This document shows, one piece after another, positions 13,010 through 25,557 of a stretch of DNA of 64,000 nucleotides. Location of the stretch: assembly GCF_963921235.1 (NCBI RefSeq), contig NC_086108.1:7564001-7628000 (forward strand). The letters run 5' to 3'. Positions within the stretch are counted from its first letter, which is position 1. Each line of letters begins with the position of its first letter. The DNA is from Mobula hypostoma. Its lineage: Eukaryota. A model generated the notes under the pieces. It did not search any database. It was not told where the DNA came from and saw only the letters and a list, made by a program, of their open reading frames with translations. Made by a program: the position numbers and the translations under genes.

Positions 13010-14035
13010 CTCACAATACGCTGGAAAAACTCAGCAGGTCGGGCAGCATCAGTGGAAATGATGAGTCGATGTTTTGGGCCAGAACCCCTTATCAGGACTG
13101 AAGAAAGAAGGTGGGGGAGGGTTGGAAGAAGGCTCGTAGTTTCATCTGAAAAACCAGTAATTTGGAAGACAAAGGGGTGGGGGAGGGGAAGCAGGGATGT
13201 CATAGGCAGGAAAACAATGGGTAGTAGAAGGAGGCGGAACCATGAGGGAGGTGATAGGCAGCTGGGGGAGGGGGCAGAGTGACATAGGGATAGGGGAAGG
13301 GAGGGGGAGGGAATTACCGGAAGTTGGAGAATTCTATGTTCATACCAAGGGGCTGGAGACTACCTAGACGGTATATGAGTTCAACTCATATTCCTCCAAC
13401 CTGAGTTTAGCCTCATCATGGCAGTAGAGGAGGTCATGTATGGACATATCTGAATGGGAATAGGAAGCAGAGTTGAAGAGCGTGGCTACCGGGAGATCCT
13501 GCCTGTTGTGGTGGACGGAGTGGACGTGCTCGACGAAGCGGTCCCCCAATCTGCGTCAGGTTTCACCGATGTAGAGGAGGCCGCACCGGGAACACCGGAT
13601 GCAATAGATGACCCCAACAGACTCACAAGTGAAGTGTTGCCTCACCTGGAAGGACTGTTTGAGGCCCTGAATAGTGGCAAGAGAGGAGGTATAGGGACAG
13701 GTGTAGCACTTACACTTACAGGGATAAGTGCCGGGTGGGAGATCTGTGGGGATGGATGTGCGGATAAGGGAGTCGCGGAGGGACCGATCCCTGCGGAAAG
13801 CGGAGAGGGGTGGAGAGTGAAAGATGTGCTTAGTGGTGGGGGTCCTGTTGAAGGTGGCGGAAGTTGCGGAGGATAATGTGCTGGATCCAGAGGCTGGTGG
13901 GGTGGTAGGTAAGGACAAGGACACTCTGTCCCTGTTGTGGTTGCGGGAGGATGGGGTGAGGGCCGAAGTGTGGGAAATGGAGGAGATTCAAATGTCCTCT
14001 TTCTTTAAGGATCGTGGTTTCCTTTCTACCGTCAA
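13010..14035 (-). mobile_element. Penelope-like retroelement, well-preserved 3' half (GIY-YIG endonuclease, terminal repeat, hammerhead motif 13063-13100) with small 5' inversion
   Basis: ORFs 13556-13924 and 13364-13549: AFRRDRSLRDSL...PGTYPCKCKCYTC...FTCESVGVIYCIRCSRCGLLYIGET*RRLGDRFVEH. Confidence 0.9.
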
Positions 14036-14205
14036 AACCCTTATCAAATACAGTTGCCTAGCAGTTAGTGCCAGTCAATTACAGATTGGGGTGTAAGAAT
14101 TCAGAGTTCAATTCCGATGCTGCCTGTAAGAAGTTTGTTTTTCTTCCCATGAAGTGCATGGGTTTCCTTGGGCTTCCGGTTTCCTCCCAGTCCAAAAATG
14201 TATGT

Positions 14206-14912
14206 GACATCCCACCCTGCAAAAACTCATTTCAAGGAAGTAGCACCATCAATTTGCAGGAGACTTCCGGGAGAGGTGGGATGTCTGCGATAGAGTAGCT
14301 CCTTAGCAGCTGGCCAGCTAGTTTAAATAATGTTAGCTATGCTAATGAACGAATGGCACCTGTTAAACTCACCTCACCATGTCTTTTACAGTCTTTACCC
14401 ACCATGGGCAATAGAAAAGTCACTGTTGCAAACAGTGCAGCGAGCAACACTGTCATTATTTTTGATCCCTATTAGGCAGGGGTACACTTTAGGGTAGTCT
14501 GGGGTGAGGTACGTTTTATATTTTCATTTTTTGGAACACTCCCCCACGGCGTGCTCTCGCTCGCTCTCTCGTGGTTGCTCGCGCTCTCTCTCGCTCTTTC
14601 TCTCTCGTTCATGCACTCTCACTTGCTCTCTCTCGCTCGCTTGCTTGCTCTTGCACTCTCTCCCTCTCTCTCCCTCCTTCTCTCTCGTGGTCGCTCTCAC
14701 GCTTTCTCTCTCGTGGTCGCTCTCTCGCTCGCTCTCTCCCTCCTTCTCTCTCGCTCTCTCTCGTGGTCGCTCTCGTGCTTTCTCTCGCGTGCTCTCTCGC
14801 TCGCTCTCAAAAAAATTGATTTCCGTGACATTATATATAATTTGCGGGCATCCAGGGAGCCACTATTAATATGCGGGAGACTCCAGAAGTTCTGGGAAAG
14901 GTGGGATGTCTG
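14206..14912. mobile_element. hAT-like MITE with internal CT-rich microsatellite
   Basis: Inverted termini gacatcccacc (14206) and ggtgggatgtc(tg) (about 14900-14912); subterminal 'cgggagactcc...gggagaggtgggatgtctg' repeated internally near 14255-14287. Superfamily assignment is inferred. Confidence 0.65.
14552..14808 (+). repeat. Compound (CT)n/(CTCG)n low-complexity tract
   Basis: Direct reading: ctctcgctcgctctctcgtggt... units. Confidence 0.95.
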
Positions 14913-15449
14913 TTACTGGGGTAATTGGTCACTGTAAGTTGTCCTGTGATTGAGCTCGTCCCACTCTGGGGTCCACGGACCCCTCAGTTTATAGTAGGTG
15001 TTCCTGGAAATAAAAAAGCGCTGGGAACCCTTGGGTTAGTGTTAAATAGGTGGGTTGATGGGCCGTGTGGCTCATTGGGCCAGAAGGGTCTGTTCTGCAC
15101 TATATCTCTAAAAAAATAGCCAGAGCCTAGGGTCTTCCAAGCCACTGGAAGTATTGGAGAGCTCTCAGTCAAGTTTTAGAAGTGAAGTTAGGCAACATTT
15201 CAAAGTAGAAACCAATCAAGGAATGTCAAAACTTAAACACTGGGCTGATCTCAGCTGGCTTCTGGAAGTTTCTGACCAGTAAACTCCAGAAAGTGGAAAA
15301 GACACAGTCTCAAGGTCTGGGGTCAGAGGGGAAGATCTGAAAGATGCTTTAAACATCATGTATGGGGTACCATACACAACATGCTGTATGGTAACCATTG
15401 ATATAAGCACCAGCAAGACAGAGGCAACATGAAAATTTATATGCAATTA

Positions 15450-15926
15450 CCATGAACGCTGTTGCAGGAAAGCAGCATCCACCTTCAGGAAGCCCCACCA
15501 CCCAGGTTATACTCTCTTCTCACTGCTGCCATTGGGAAGGAGGTACCAGAGCCTCAAGACCTATACCACCAGGTTCAGGAACAGTCACTACCTCTCAACC
15601 ATTAGGCTCTTGAACCAAAGGAGATAACTTCACTTGCCCCAATCTTTGAGATGTTCCCATAACCAACAGACTCACTTTCAAGGACTCTTCGTCATGTTCT
15701 AGATATTTATTGTTTATTTATTTATTATTAATGTTTCTTCTTTTTGCATTTGCACTGTTTGTGGTCTTCTGCACTCTGGCTGAATGTCCTAGTCTGGTGG
15801 TCTTTCATTGATTCTGTTATGGTTATTATTCTATAGATTTATTGAGTATGCCCACAAGAAAACGAATCAGGGTTGTATATGGTGACAGATATATGTGTAC
15901 TTTGATAATAACATTCACTTTGAACT
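15450..15926 (+). mobile_element. Rex1/Babar LINE 3' fragment
   Basis: 'gcaggaaagcagcatcc...ctcttctcactgctgccattgggaaggaggtac' and 'tttgaact' tail. Confidence 0.8.
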
Positions 15927-16467
15927 TCTGAATTTTGGAATGGTACTAGCATGGACAGAAGATTGAATGACTGGCAGGAGGGAAAGAGTGCCTTTTGTAG
16001 TTGGGTGCTTGTGACTTGCAGTGCTCCAAGGGCCTGTACTCCCTGGAGTTTAGAAAAATGCAGGTTGGCGGGGGGGGGGAGTTCTCTTTGAAACCTGGTG
16101 AATATCAAAAGACCTAGACAGAGTGGATGCAGAGAGGATGTTTCCAATATGGGCGATTTGAGGACCAGAGGGCTCAGCCCATCCCTTTCAAACAGAGCGG
16201 AACTAATTCTGCTCCTATCTCTTATGGAATAAACTATCGGTTTCAAAAAGGAAAAAGTTTTAAGGGAAATTTTATCGACTCTGGGTAAAAGTGGGGAGAA
16301 AGAGAGAGTAGAATATTTAATAACAATTAAATATTCAGAAAGACAGCTCTTTTAAGAAAACGGCATCGATAGGAATCAGCAGGCTCTCAGCTGAACAAAG
16401 TCTACCCAATCTTTATCCAATGTTCATGAATTTGTACCACCAAGGAACATGATTAAATCTTAAACAT

Positions 16468-16878
16468 GTGAAAATCTGTAAATGCTGGAAATCCAGAGCA
16501 ACACACACAAAATGTTGGAGGAACTCAGGAGGTCAGGCAGCATCTATGGAATGAATAAATTGTCCACGTTCCGGGCTGGGACTCTTCATCAGGACTGAAA
16601 TGGGGGAAGACACCAGAATAAAAAGGTGTGGGAGGTAGAAGGGGACCAGCTAGAAGGTGACAGGTGAAGTCAGGTGGGTGGGAAGGGTAAAGGGTTTGAG
16701 AAGATAGGAGAGGAAAATGGATCATCAGAAAAATGGAAGGAGGAGGGGCACCAGGGTGAGGTGATTGGCAGGTGAGGAGAAGAGGTAAGAGGCCAGAGTG
16801 AGGAATAGATGAAAAGGGGAGGGGATGGGGAAAAACTATTTTTTATTGGAAGGAGAAGTCTATCTTAACGCCATCATT
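16468..16878 (-). mobile_element. Penelope-like terminal repeat with hammerhead motif 16561-16597
   Basis: Reverse complement reads cagtcCTGATGAagagtcccagcccGGAACgtggac. Confidence 0.8.
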
Positions 16879-17489
16879 AAATCTTGGAACATGGACGAAA
16901 TCTGTTTTCTTTAAATCTCAGTGCAGTGACAAGCAATGCTTTATGATATAAAATTAAATAGAAATAAGCTGAGAAAATCGAGTATCAAACAGCATTGAAT
17001 CATAGCAAGGCAAACAATTCTGCTGGTCAAGGCTGAGTAAATATTCAGTAATTATCACTGTTTCCTTTCACTGAAGCACGACTCAAGGACATTCCCAATA
17101 CACTTGTGTTTTGTATTGTTGAGCCTCGTACAAGAGCTTGGAAGGAGGAAATAATTTAGTCCCTTGAGCATTTCCAACCATTCATTGAGACCAGGGCTGA
17201 TCTTGACCTAGCTTCAATACCTCTCTCTGCTCTATATCCATTAAGACGTACGGACAGAAGTCTCATCGATGTCAGATTTTAAATTAACTGCTGACCTGGA
17301 CACCAATTACAGCTTGTGAGAAAGGTATCCCCTATTGGCTCTGTGATTAGATTTATTCCTCTTGTCCCAAATCCCAACCAGCATTTCTTTCACTTAAGGG
17401 ATATGGACGGCACAGGCAAGGCCAATGTTCATTCCACCTTAATTCCCTTTAAGATGGTGATGACTGTCCTCCTCAAACAGCAGCAGTCC

Positions 17490-18075
17490 ATAAGACATAC
17501 CAGTAGAATTAGGCCATTCAGCTCATTAGGTCCACTCTGCCATTCAATTACGTCTGATTTATTATTCCTCTCAACCCCATTCTCCTGCATTTTCCCTGTA
17601 ACCTTTGATGCCCTTACCAATCAAGAACCTATCAATCTCTGCTTTAAATATACCCAATGACTCGGCCTCCACAGCCACCTGTGGCAACGAACTTCACAGA
17701 CTCCCCACCCTCTGGCTAAAGAAATTCCTCCTCATCTCTGTTCTAAAGGTTGTTGTTGTTCCTCTCCACATCTTGTGGCGCATCGGATGGCAGCCTTGCC
17801 GTTTCTTAAGCATTTGTCTGTTTTTTTTTACGAGGCTGAGTTGCTAACTTGACGCTCAACCGGACAGAGATGGAACATGTGTAAGGAGCTGGCCAGATTC
17901 GAAACTGGGACCACTCGCCTTGAAGCCTGGTGCAGCTGCCACTACACCACCAGCTGGCTATCTGTTCCAAAGGGATGCCTTTCTGTTCTGAGGTTGTTCC
18001 GTTTGGTCTCTTACTCTCCCACTATTGGAAGCATCTTCTCCATGTCCACTTTATCCAGGCCTTTCAATATTAAAT
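17490..18075 (-). mobile_element. CR1 3' fragment hosting a SINE
   Basis: Antisense of MRRNFFSQRV..LW...LP and the CR1 3' UTR. Confidence 0.8.
17750..17960 (-). mobile_element. tRNA-derived SINE with (CAA)n tail and 13-bp target-site duplication
   Basis: Minus strand has A-box tggtgtagtgg and B-box gtttcgaatc; TSD tctgttctaaagg (17737-17749) / tctgttccaaagg (17961-17973). Confidence 0.85.
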
Positions 18076-18194
18076 ATAATTGTACCTGCCTCTACCACCT
18101 CGTCTATTAATTCATTCCATATACCCACCAACCTCTTTGGCAAACTTGCCCCCACATATCTCCTTATATCCTTCCCTTCTAATGTTATGGATTT

Positions 18195-19600
18195 AAAGAT
18201 GAGTGGGAAGTTTTGCTAGTGCTGCATGAGAGGTGAGGGCTCAGAGTTGCAGAGGGATGGGAATCAGAATACCACAACAGATAGGGGAGAAAGATGTTGT
18301 TAAGCCTACATATGAAGCCAGGAATCAAACTGTTGAGCATGGTGGAACCAATGTTCTGAGCTGTGTAAATTTCAATGCAAGGAGTATTGTACAAAAGGCA
18401 GATGAGCTTCGGGCAAGGATCAGCACATGGAATTAAGATATGGTTGCAGGAGGGCAGGACTGGCAGCTCACAGTTCCAGGGTTTCATTGTTTTAGACGTG
18501 ACAGAGTGGGAGGGATTAAAGGGGGAGGGCGTAGCATTACTAGTCAGGGAAAATGTTATGACAGTGCTCCATCAGGCCAGCCTGGAGAATTTGTCTAGTG
18601 AGGCTCTGAGGAATAAGAAAGGTATGATCACGTTAATGGGATTATATTATAGACCAAACAACAGTCTGTGGGATTTACAGGAGCAATTTTGTAGAGAGAT
18701 GGCAGACAGTTGCAAGAAACAATGTTGTGACAGTAGCTGATATTAACTTTCCACATATTGACTGGGACTCGCATACTGTAAAAGGACTAGACGGGATGGA
18801 ATTTGTCATATTTGTTCAGGACAGTTTCTTTAATCAGTACAAAGAAGTTCCAATTAGAGAAAGTGCGATACCAGTTCTCTTATTAGGGAATGAGACAGGG
18901 CAGGTGACAGAAGTGCGAGGTGTTGCACTTCCATAGGACCAACCAGGGTAGGTCTTACACAGTGAATGGCAGGGCACTGGGGAATGCAATAGAACGAAGG
19001 GATCTGGGAATACAGGTCCCTAATTCATTGAAACTGGCATCACAGGTAGATGGGTTGTAAGGAAAGCTTTTGGCACATTGCCCCTCATAAATCAAATTAT
19101 GGAGTACAGGAGATGTTGAAGTTCTATAAGATGTTGGTGAGGCCTAATTTGGAGTGCTGTATGCATTTTTTGGTCACCTACCTACAGGAAAGATGTAAAT
19201 AAGGTTGAAAGAGTAACAGAGAAAATTTATAAGGATGTTGTCGAGTCTGCAGGACCTGAGTTATATGAAAAGATTGACTAAGTCAGAACTTCATTCCTTG
19301 GAAGGTAGAAGATTGAGAGGAGATTTGATAGAGGCATACAAAATTATGAGGGGTATAGATAAGGTAAATACAAGCAGGCTTTTTCCACTAGGCTGGGTGG
19401 GACTAAACCTATGGCCTCTGTTTGAAGGGTGAAAGGTGAAATGTTTAAGGGGAACATGCGGGGGGGGAAGCTTCTTTAGTCAGAGGGTCATGAGTGTGAA
19501 AGGTGCTGCCAGGACAAGTGGTGTATGTGGGCTCAATTTCAGTGTTTAAGGGAAGTCTGGATAGGTATATGGATGGTAGTAATATGGAGGGCTAAGGTCA
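18195..19600 (+). mobile_element. CR1 LINE, internally deleted ORF2 (APE endonuclease fused to C-terminus)
   Basis: LSCVNFNARSIVQKADELRARISTWN; GVALLVRE; MGLYYRP; DINFPHIDWD; then LEGRRLRGDLIEAYKIMRG. Confidence 0.9.
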
Positions 19601-19611
19601 AATTGGCAATG

Positions 19612-19814
19612 GTCAGAGGTTCACATGCTTTCTTCAAACAAATATATGTAATATTGGATAATTTTTCTCAATAAATAAATGAAGTATAATGTTTTTTGTG
19701 TCATTTATTTGGGTTGTTTGTATCTAGTTTTAGAACCTGTGTGAAGATCCGATCACATTTACGCAGAAATAGAGAAAATTCTACAGGGTTCACAAACTTT
19801 CTAGCACCACTGTA
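19612..19814. mobile_element. Tc1-like terminal fragment (second copy at 27733-27871)
   Basis: Ends 'agggttcacaaactttctagcaccactgta' (reverse complement TA-CAGTG terminus). Confidence 0.7.
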
Positions 19815-20280
19815 TTTATCATTCAGAGCTTGAGGAGATTCGGTATGTCACAAAAACACTTGCAAATTTCTACAGACATACTGTGGACAGCATTTTAACT
19901 GGCTGCATGGCTGCATCACTGTCTGGTATGGTGGCCACTGCGCAGGATCGAAATAAGGGGCGGAAAGTTCTGAACTCAGTCAGCTCCGTAATGGCCACTA
20001 GCCTCCCCAGCATCCAGGGCATCTTCAAGGAGGAATGCCTTAAAAAGGCAGCATCCATCATTTAAGGACCCCCACCTCCCAGGACATGCCTTCTTCTCAT
20101 TGCTACCATCAGGGATGAGGTACAGGAGCCTGAAGGAGCACACTCAACGATTCAGGAACAGCTTCTTCCCCTCTACCAACTGATTTCTGACTGGACGTTG
20201 AACCCATAAACACGACCTCACCACTTTTTATTTCTCTTTTTGTACTGCATATTTAATTCATCTATTTACTATACATACAT
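19815..20280 (+). mobile_element. Rex1/Babar LINE 3' fragment
   Basis: FYRHTVDSILTGC...LPSIQGIFKEECLKKAASII. Confidence 0.85.
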
Positions 20281-20284
20281 ATAT

Positions 20285-20525
20285 TGTTTTGGTCACCTAC
20301 ATGAAAGATTTAAATAAGGTTGAAAGAGTACAGAGAAAACTTATAAGGATGTTTCCGGGTCTCCAGGACCTGAGTTATATGGAAAAATTTAATAGATAGG
20401 ACTTTATTCCTTGGAATGTAGAAGACTGAGAGGTGATTTGATAGAGGTATACAAAATTATGAGGGGTATATATAGGGTAAATTTAAGCAGTTTTTTTCCA
20501 CTGAGGTTGGGTGAGACTACAACCA
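20285..20525 (+). mobile_element. CR1 ORF2 C-terminal fragment
   Basis: ECRRLRGDLIEVYKIMRGI. Confidence 0.85.
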
Positions 20526-21269
20526 GTTCCTTAAGCACACCTCCTGAAAGGTGTTTTCCCTACCTAGGGGGTCTGGAGTCCAAGGATCACTGCCTCAGAT
20601 TCACGTTCTCAGGGAATTGCATCAGTTGCATTAACAACTAACAGAACCAAAACCTAATGCAAGTGTCGGTGCACATTCTAGCACCAATAAAGCATGCCCA
20701 CCATGTTCAGCAGAACAACACAATAACAACAACAGCAAAACAGGTCCCTCCTCATAAAGGACCAGTCAGGCTGCTGCTTTTGTCTCTCCAAGAACACCAT
20801 TTAACATTTAGTCCCACTGGCCCTTTTAAAGTAGAGATATAATTTTCCAAAGTTATGTCATCAAAATTGAACTTTATTTCGTCAATCATGCGAGTATTTT
20901 CAGGAAGTACATGTGATAAAACCCAAAAGGAAACAGGTTGCTCTTCTATATCGGAGATCTAAGGTACTAGGGACCGCGAAAATAAAGAGGGAAAGTGTTG
21001 AAGCAACACAGGTCCATCTGTGAAAAACAAACGTGTGCTTTGGGTTGTCAGTTCAAATTCCAATTCAAGTCACTCCTGAATGCATTCCAGATCTCATGCT
21101 TAAAAAGGGTCAGGGGTATGGACTGTCAGCACCAGCTAGTCACATAGCTGCGTTAAAAATCCCCACAACTTGAGGTCGCAATCATACTAGTCTCTGACAT
21201 GAATTGAGAATCATTGTGTACACTACCCACACTGGAGCAAATTCCTCACACATGTATATGTACGTGGCA

Positions 21270-22065
21270 GAATCAGAAATTCGTTAACTTTGCAGCATCA
21301 TTACACTGCAATAAATAGTAACAGAGAGAAAACACAGTAATTACATATATTAAATAGTTAAATAAGTAGTGCAAAAAAAGAATTAGAAATAAAAAAATAG
21401 TGAGGTAGTATTCATGGGTTCAATGTCCATTCAGAAATCAGATGGCAGAGTGGCTGAAGCTGTTCCTGAATCGTTGAGTGTGTATCTTCAGGCTTCTGTA
21501 CCTCCTCCCTGATGGTAACAATGAGAAGAGGGCACGTCCTAGTTGATGGGGGACCTTAATGGTGGACACCGCCTTTCTGAAGCATTGCTCCTTGAAAATT
21601 TCCTGGATACTGCAGACGCTAGAGCCCATGATGGAGCTGGCTAATTTTACAACTTTCTGCAGCTTAATTTGATCCTATGCAAAGGTCCCCACATCCCCCG
21701 TAACAGACAGTGATGCAGCCAATTAGAATGCTCTCCACGGTACACCTGCAAAAAATTGCTAGTGTTTTTGGTGTTGTAAAATCTCCTCAAACTCTAATGA
21801 AATACATCCGCTGTCTTGCCTTCTTTATGGTTGCAACGATATGTTGGATCCAGGTTAGGTCCTCAGAGAACTTGAAATTGCTCACTCCCTCTCACCTCTG
21901 AGAGAGCTGGTGTTATGTTCTCTTGTCTTACCCTTTCTGAAGTCCTCAATCAGTTCTTTGGTCTTACTGACACTGAGTGCATGGTTATTGCTGTGACACC
22001 ACTCAACTAACTGGCATATCTTGCTCCTGTGCACGCTGTCATCACTTTCTGAGACTTTGCCGAAT
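21270..22065 (-). mobile_element. Rex1/Babar LINE fragment
   Basis: LVEWCHSNNHALSVSKTKELIEDFRK; ALFSLLPSGRRYRSLKIHTQRFRNSF. Confidence 0.85.
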
Positions 22066-22727
22066 AAAGTCGATCTGTGATAACAAAATCCTGAAATAAT
22101 GCCACAGCACATGCTGAATGGGTAGCAGCACTGTCGCCTGTGCTGTGTCATTGTCTAATGACAATGGGAATGGGATCCTGACCCAACTGCACGGGTCAGC
22201 AGACAGCACGGGGTGAAAACGTGAAGCTCCATGTGCCGCAGAGGCCTAACAAGTCGAACAATGCCTGACAATGAACAGCTTACGGTCTTTAAGACTGGTC
22301 TCTGTAAGGAGACCAAATGGAAATGGAAGCTGTTTACTGTTAGTGGGATAATTGTCAATTGTTAGTTTTTTAAAAACTGTATCACATGTCAATTTCATTT
22401 GCATCTTATTTAAATTGGAAATAAATAACTAAGAGTGATGAAAAGCTGGTTTAGGATAAGTAAAGTTACTCCATTGTTCATTATTTTCTGACTACCAACA
22501 CAAAACAAGAGCATATTGTTCAGGATTAGCATCTTAGAACATCATCACACGGCCAGTCAGTCAGCCAGCTTTAAAAATACTGAAGAGGCTGTAAATCTGA
22601 ACAAAATCAAATCAGAAAATACAGGACAAATTCAAGCAGCTCAGAGAGATAGGAGAAAAGGACACCATGGCAGCGTAGCAGTTAGTGCGACACTATTAAA
22701 GCTGGGTTTCAGAGTTTCAATTCTGGT

Positions 22728-23440
22728 GCACTCAACATCAGTAAGCCTAAAGAACTGATGGTGGACTTCAGAAAGGATAAGACAAGGGAATACACACCAG
22801 TCATCATAGAGGGGTTAGAAGTGGAAAGGGTGAGCAAATTCAAGTTCCTAGGTATCAGTATCTCTGAGGATCTATCCTGGGCCCAACTTATTGATGCAGC
22901 TATAAAGAAGGCACGACAGCAGCTATGTTTCATTAGGAGTTTGAGGAGATTTGGTATGCCACCTAAAATACTCTTAAATTTCCACAGATGGAGAGCTTAT
23001 TAACTGGCTACATTACTACCTGGTATGAGGGGGTGGGGGGGAGACTGCATAGGATTGAAATTAATCTGCAGAGAGTTGTAAACTTAGTCAGCTTCATTAT
23101 AGGCACCAGTCTCCACAGTATCCAAGAGCAATGCCTCAAAAAGGCAGTGTCTATCATTAAGGACCCCCATCGCCCAGGCCATTCCTTGTCCTCATTGCCA
23201 TCATCAGGGAGGAGGTACAGCTTCTTCCCCTCTGCCTTCCCTTCTAAACAGACATTGAACCCATGAACACTACCTCACTACTTTTTTTTAAATTTGCATT
23301 TTTGCACTACTTATTTAACTATATAATATATATACTTACTGAAATTCATGCTTTTTTCTATTATTATGTATTGCAACGTACCGCTGCTGCAAAGTCAACA
23401 AATTTTATGACATACGCCAGTGATATTAAATCTGATTTTG
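22728..23440 (+). mobile_element. Rex1/Babar LINE fragment
   Basis: VERVSKFKFLGISISEDLSWAQ...KKARQQLCFIRSLRRFG. Confidence 0.85.
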
Positions 23441-23732
23441 TGTGTGGTTGCAGGGTAAGCCCTGCCCTACCCAGACTTCACCGATCAAAGCAAAAAAGAA
23501 TGAGAGGTGACTTCATAGAGGTGTACAAGATGATAGAGGGCATAGATCAAGTGGTGGTGGGTGGGGGGGTGTTGATGTTTGATATTTTTCTTTGAATGGG
23601 TTGATTCCATGGTTCTTCTCTTGTATCGTGGCCTCTACGGGTAATATGAATCTCAGTGATGTGTACTACATACTTACTTTGACAATAAATGTACTTTGAA
23701 TCTTCGACAGCCAGAGACTTTTTCCCAGCGTG

Positions 23733-24620
23733 AATTGAATTAAATTGAATTGACTTTATTTCTTACATCCTTCACATACATGGGTAAAAAATGAACATCT
23801 GAATGTGCAACGTGCAATTTATAGTAACTTGTAATAAATAGTATGTACAACAGGATAGTCAATTAACATATAGTATTAGTGAGAATTAATCAGTCTAATG
23901 AGCTGGTGGAAGAAACTGTCCCGGAGCCTGATGGTCCTGGCTTTTATGTTGCAGTATCATTTCCCAGATGGTAGCAGCTGGAATAGATTGTGGTTGGGGT
24001 GACTTGGGTGCCCAATGATCCTTAGGGCCCTTTTTAGACATCCGTGTTTGTAAATGTCCTGAATAGTGGGAAGTTCACTTCTACAGATGTGCTGGGCTGT
24101 CCGCACCACTCTCTGCAGAGTCCTGCGATTGAGTGAAGTACAGTTCCCATACCAGGCAGTGATGCAGCCAGTCAGGCTCTCAATTGTGCCCCTGTAGGAA
24201 GTCCTTCGGATTTGGGGACCCATATCAAACTTCTTCAACTGCCTGAGGTGAAAGAGGCGCTGTTGTGTCTTTTTCACCACACAGCTGGTGTGTACAGAGC
24301 ACGTGAGATCCTCGATGATATGTATGCTGAAGAACTTAAAGCTGTTCACCCTCTCAACTGCAGATCAATTGATGTCAATAGGGGTGAGCCTGTCTCCATT
24401 CCTCCTGTAGTCCACAAACAGCTCCTTTGTTTTTGCAACATTGAGGGAGAGGTTGTTTTCTTGACACCACTGTGTCAGGGTGATGACTTCTTCTCTGTAG
24501 GCTGCCTCATTATTATTTGAGATGATGCCAATCAATGTAGCATTGTCAGCAAATTTCATTAGTAGATTGGAGCTGTGGGTGGCGACACAGTCATAGGTAT
24601 ACAGACAGCAACGAAGGGGG
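23733..24620 (-). mobile_element. Rex1/Babar LINE fragment (second subfamily, (TCAAT)n tail)
   Basis: ORFs 24365-24559 (KFADNATLIG...LNVAKTKELFVDYRR) and 23957-24349 (QRLFHLRQLKKF...TGCITAWYGNC). Confidence 0.9.
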
Positions 24621-25249
24621 CTTAGGAAGCAGCTGATATGAGGTGTATAATTTTAAGGTAATTAGAGGAAAGCATGGGGAGGTGGGGGGAAGATGTCAGA
24701 ATTTTTTTAAAACACAGAGTGATGGGTGCATGGAACTCACTGCCAGAGGTGGCGGTACAGGAAGATACATTAGGGACATTTAAGTTCAAAGCACATTTAT
24801 TATCAAAGTATGTATACATTCTACAACCTTGAGACTTGTCCCTTGCATGCAGCCACAAAACAAAGTAACCAAAAAGAATCCATTAAAAATAGACTGTCAG
24901 ACACTTAATGCAGAGAGAAAAAGAAAACAAATTGTGAAAACAATAAAAGTAAAGAGACTCTGAGATTGGCAGACGGTTAATAGAAAAATGGAAAGCTATG
25001 TAGGAGGGGAGGGTTAGATTGATCTTAGAGTTGGTTAAAGGGTCAGCAGGACATGGTGGGCCCAAAGGCCTATACTGTGTTGTAATATTCTATGTTGTAT
25101 GTAAGGCAGCACAGGGAAGCTGTTGTTAGTGTAACTGCCTTACAGGGTCTGAGTGATTCCAGTTACTCCCTACACCTTAAGGGCATGGTAGGAAGGTGAC
25201 TAGCTACTGTCAGTACTGTCCTAGTGTCGATAAAGAACAAGTTCATAAA

Positions 25250-25557
25250 TAGCCCATTCTCGTTCTGACATGTCAGTCTATGGTCCCCTCGTGTTAAGAT
25301 GAGGCCACCCTCAGGGTGGAGGAGCAACACCTTATATTTCTGTCTGGGTAGCCTCCACCTGATGGCATGAATATCGATTTCTCCTTCCGGTAAAAAAAAT
25401 CCCCTCCCCACCCCTCCTCTATTCCCCACTCTGACCTTTTACCTAGTCTCACCTGCTTATCAACCTACCCCTGGGTCCTCTTCTCCTGCCCCTTCTCCTG
25501 TAGTCCACTCTCCTCTCCTATCAGATTCCTTCCTCTCCAGCCCTTGACATTTCCCAC
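25250..25557 (+). mobile_element. Penelope-like 3' fragment
   Basis: DEATLRVEEQHL.F.LGSL.PDGMNIDFS motif and the pyrimidine-rich tract. Confidence 0.8.

Larger units (their letters stand above)
14090..15112 (+). mobile_element. V-SINE (HE1-like) interrupted by a MITE
   Basis: B-box 'gagttcaattcc', V-domain 'gggtttcc...ccggtttcctcccagtccaaa', resumes at 'gtaattggtcactgtaagttgtcc' after 14913. Confidence 0.7.

Noticed and set aside
14504..14937. Three overlapping Ser/Leu/Arg-rich ORFs
   Set aside because: Artefact of the stop-free CT microsatellite
20895..21023. Possible plus-strand exon after ttttcag (EVHVIKPKRKQVALLYRRSK)
   Set aside because: Short pyrimidine tract, unrecognised peptide, no corroboration
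22123..22152. TAGCAGCAC (miR-15/16 seed) inside a hairpin
   Set aside because: The rest does not match miR-15/16 family mature sequences and the seed lies in the loop region
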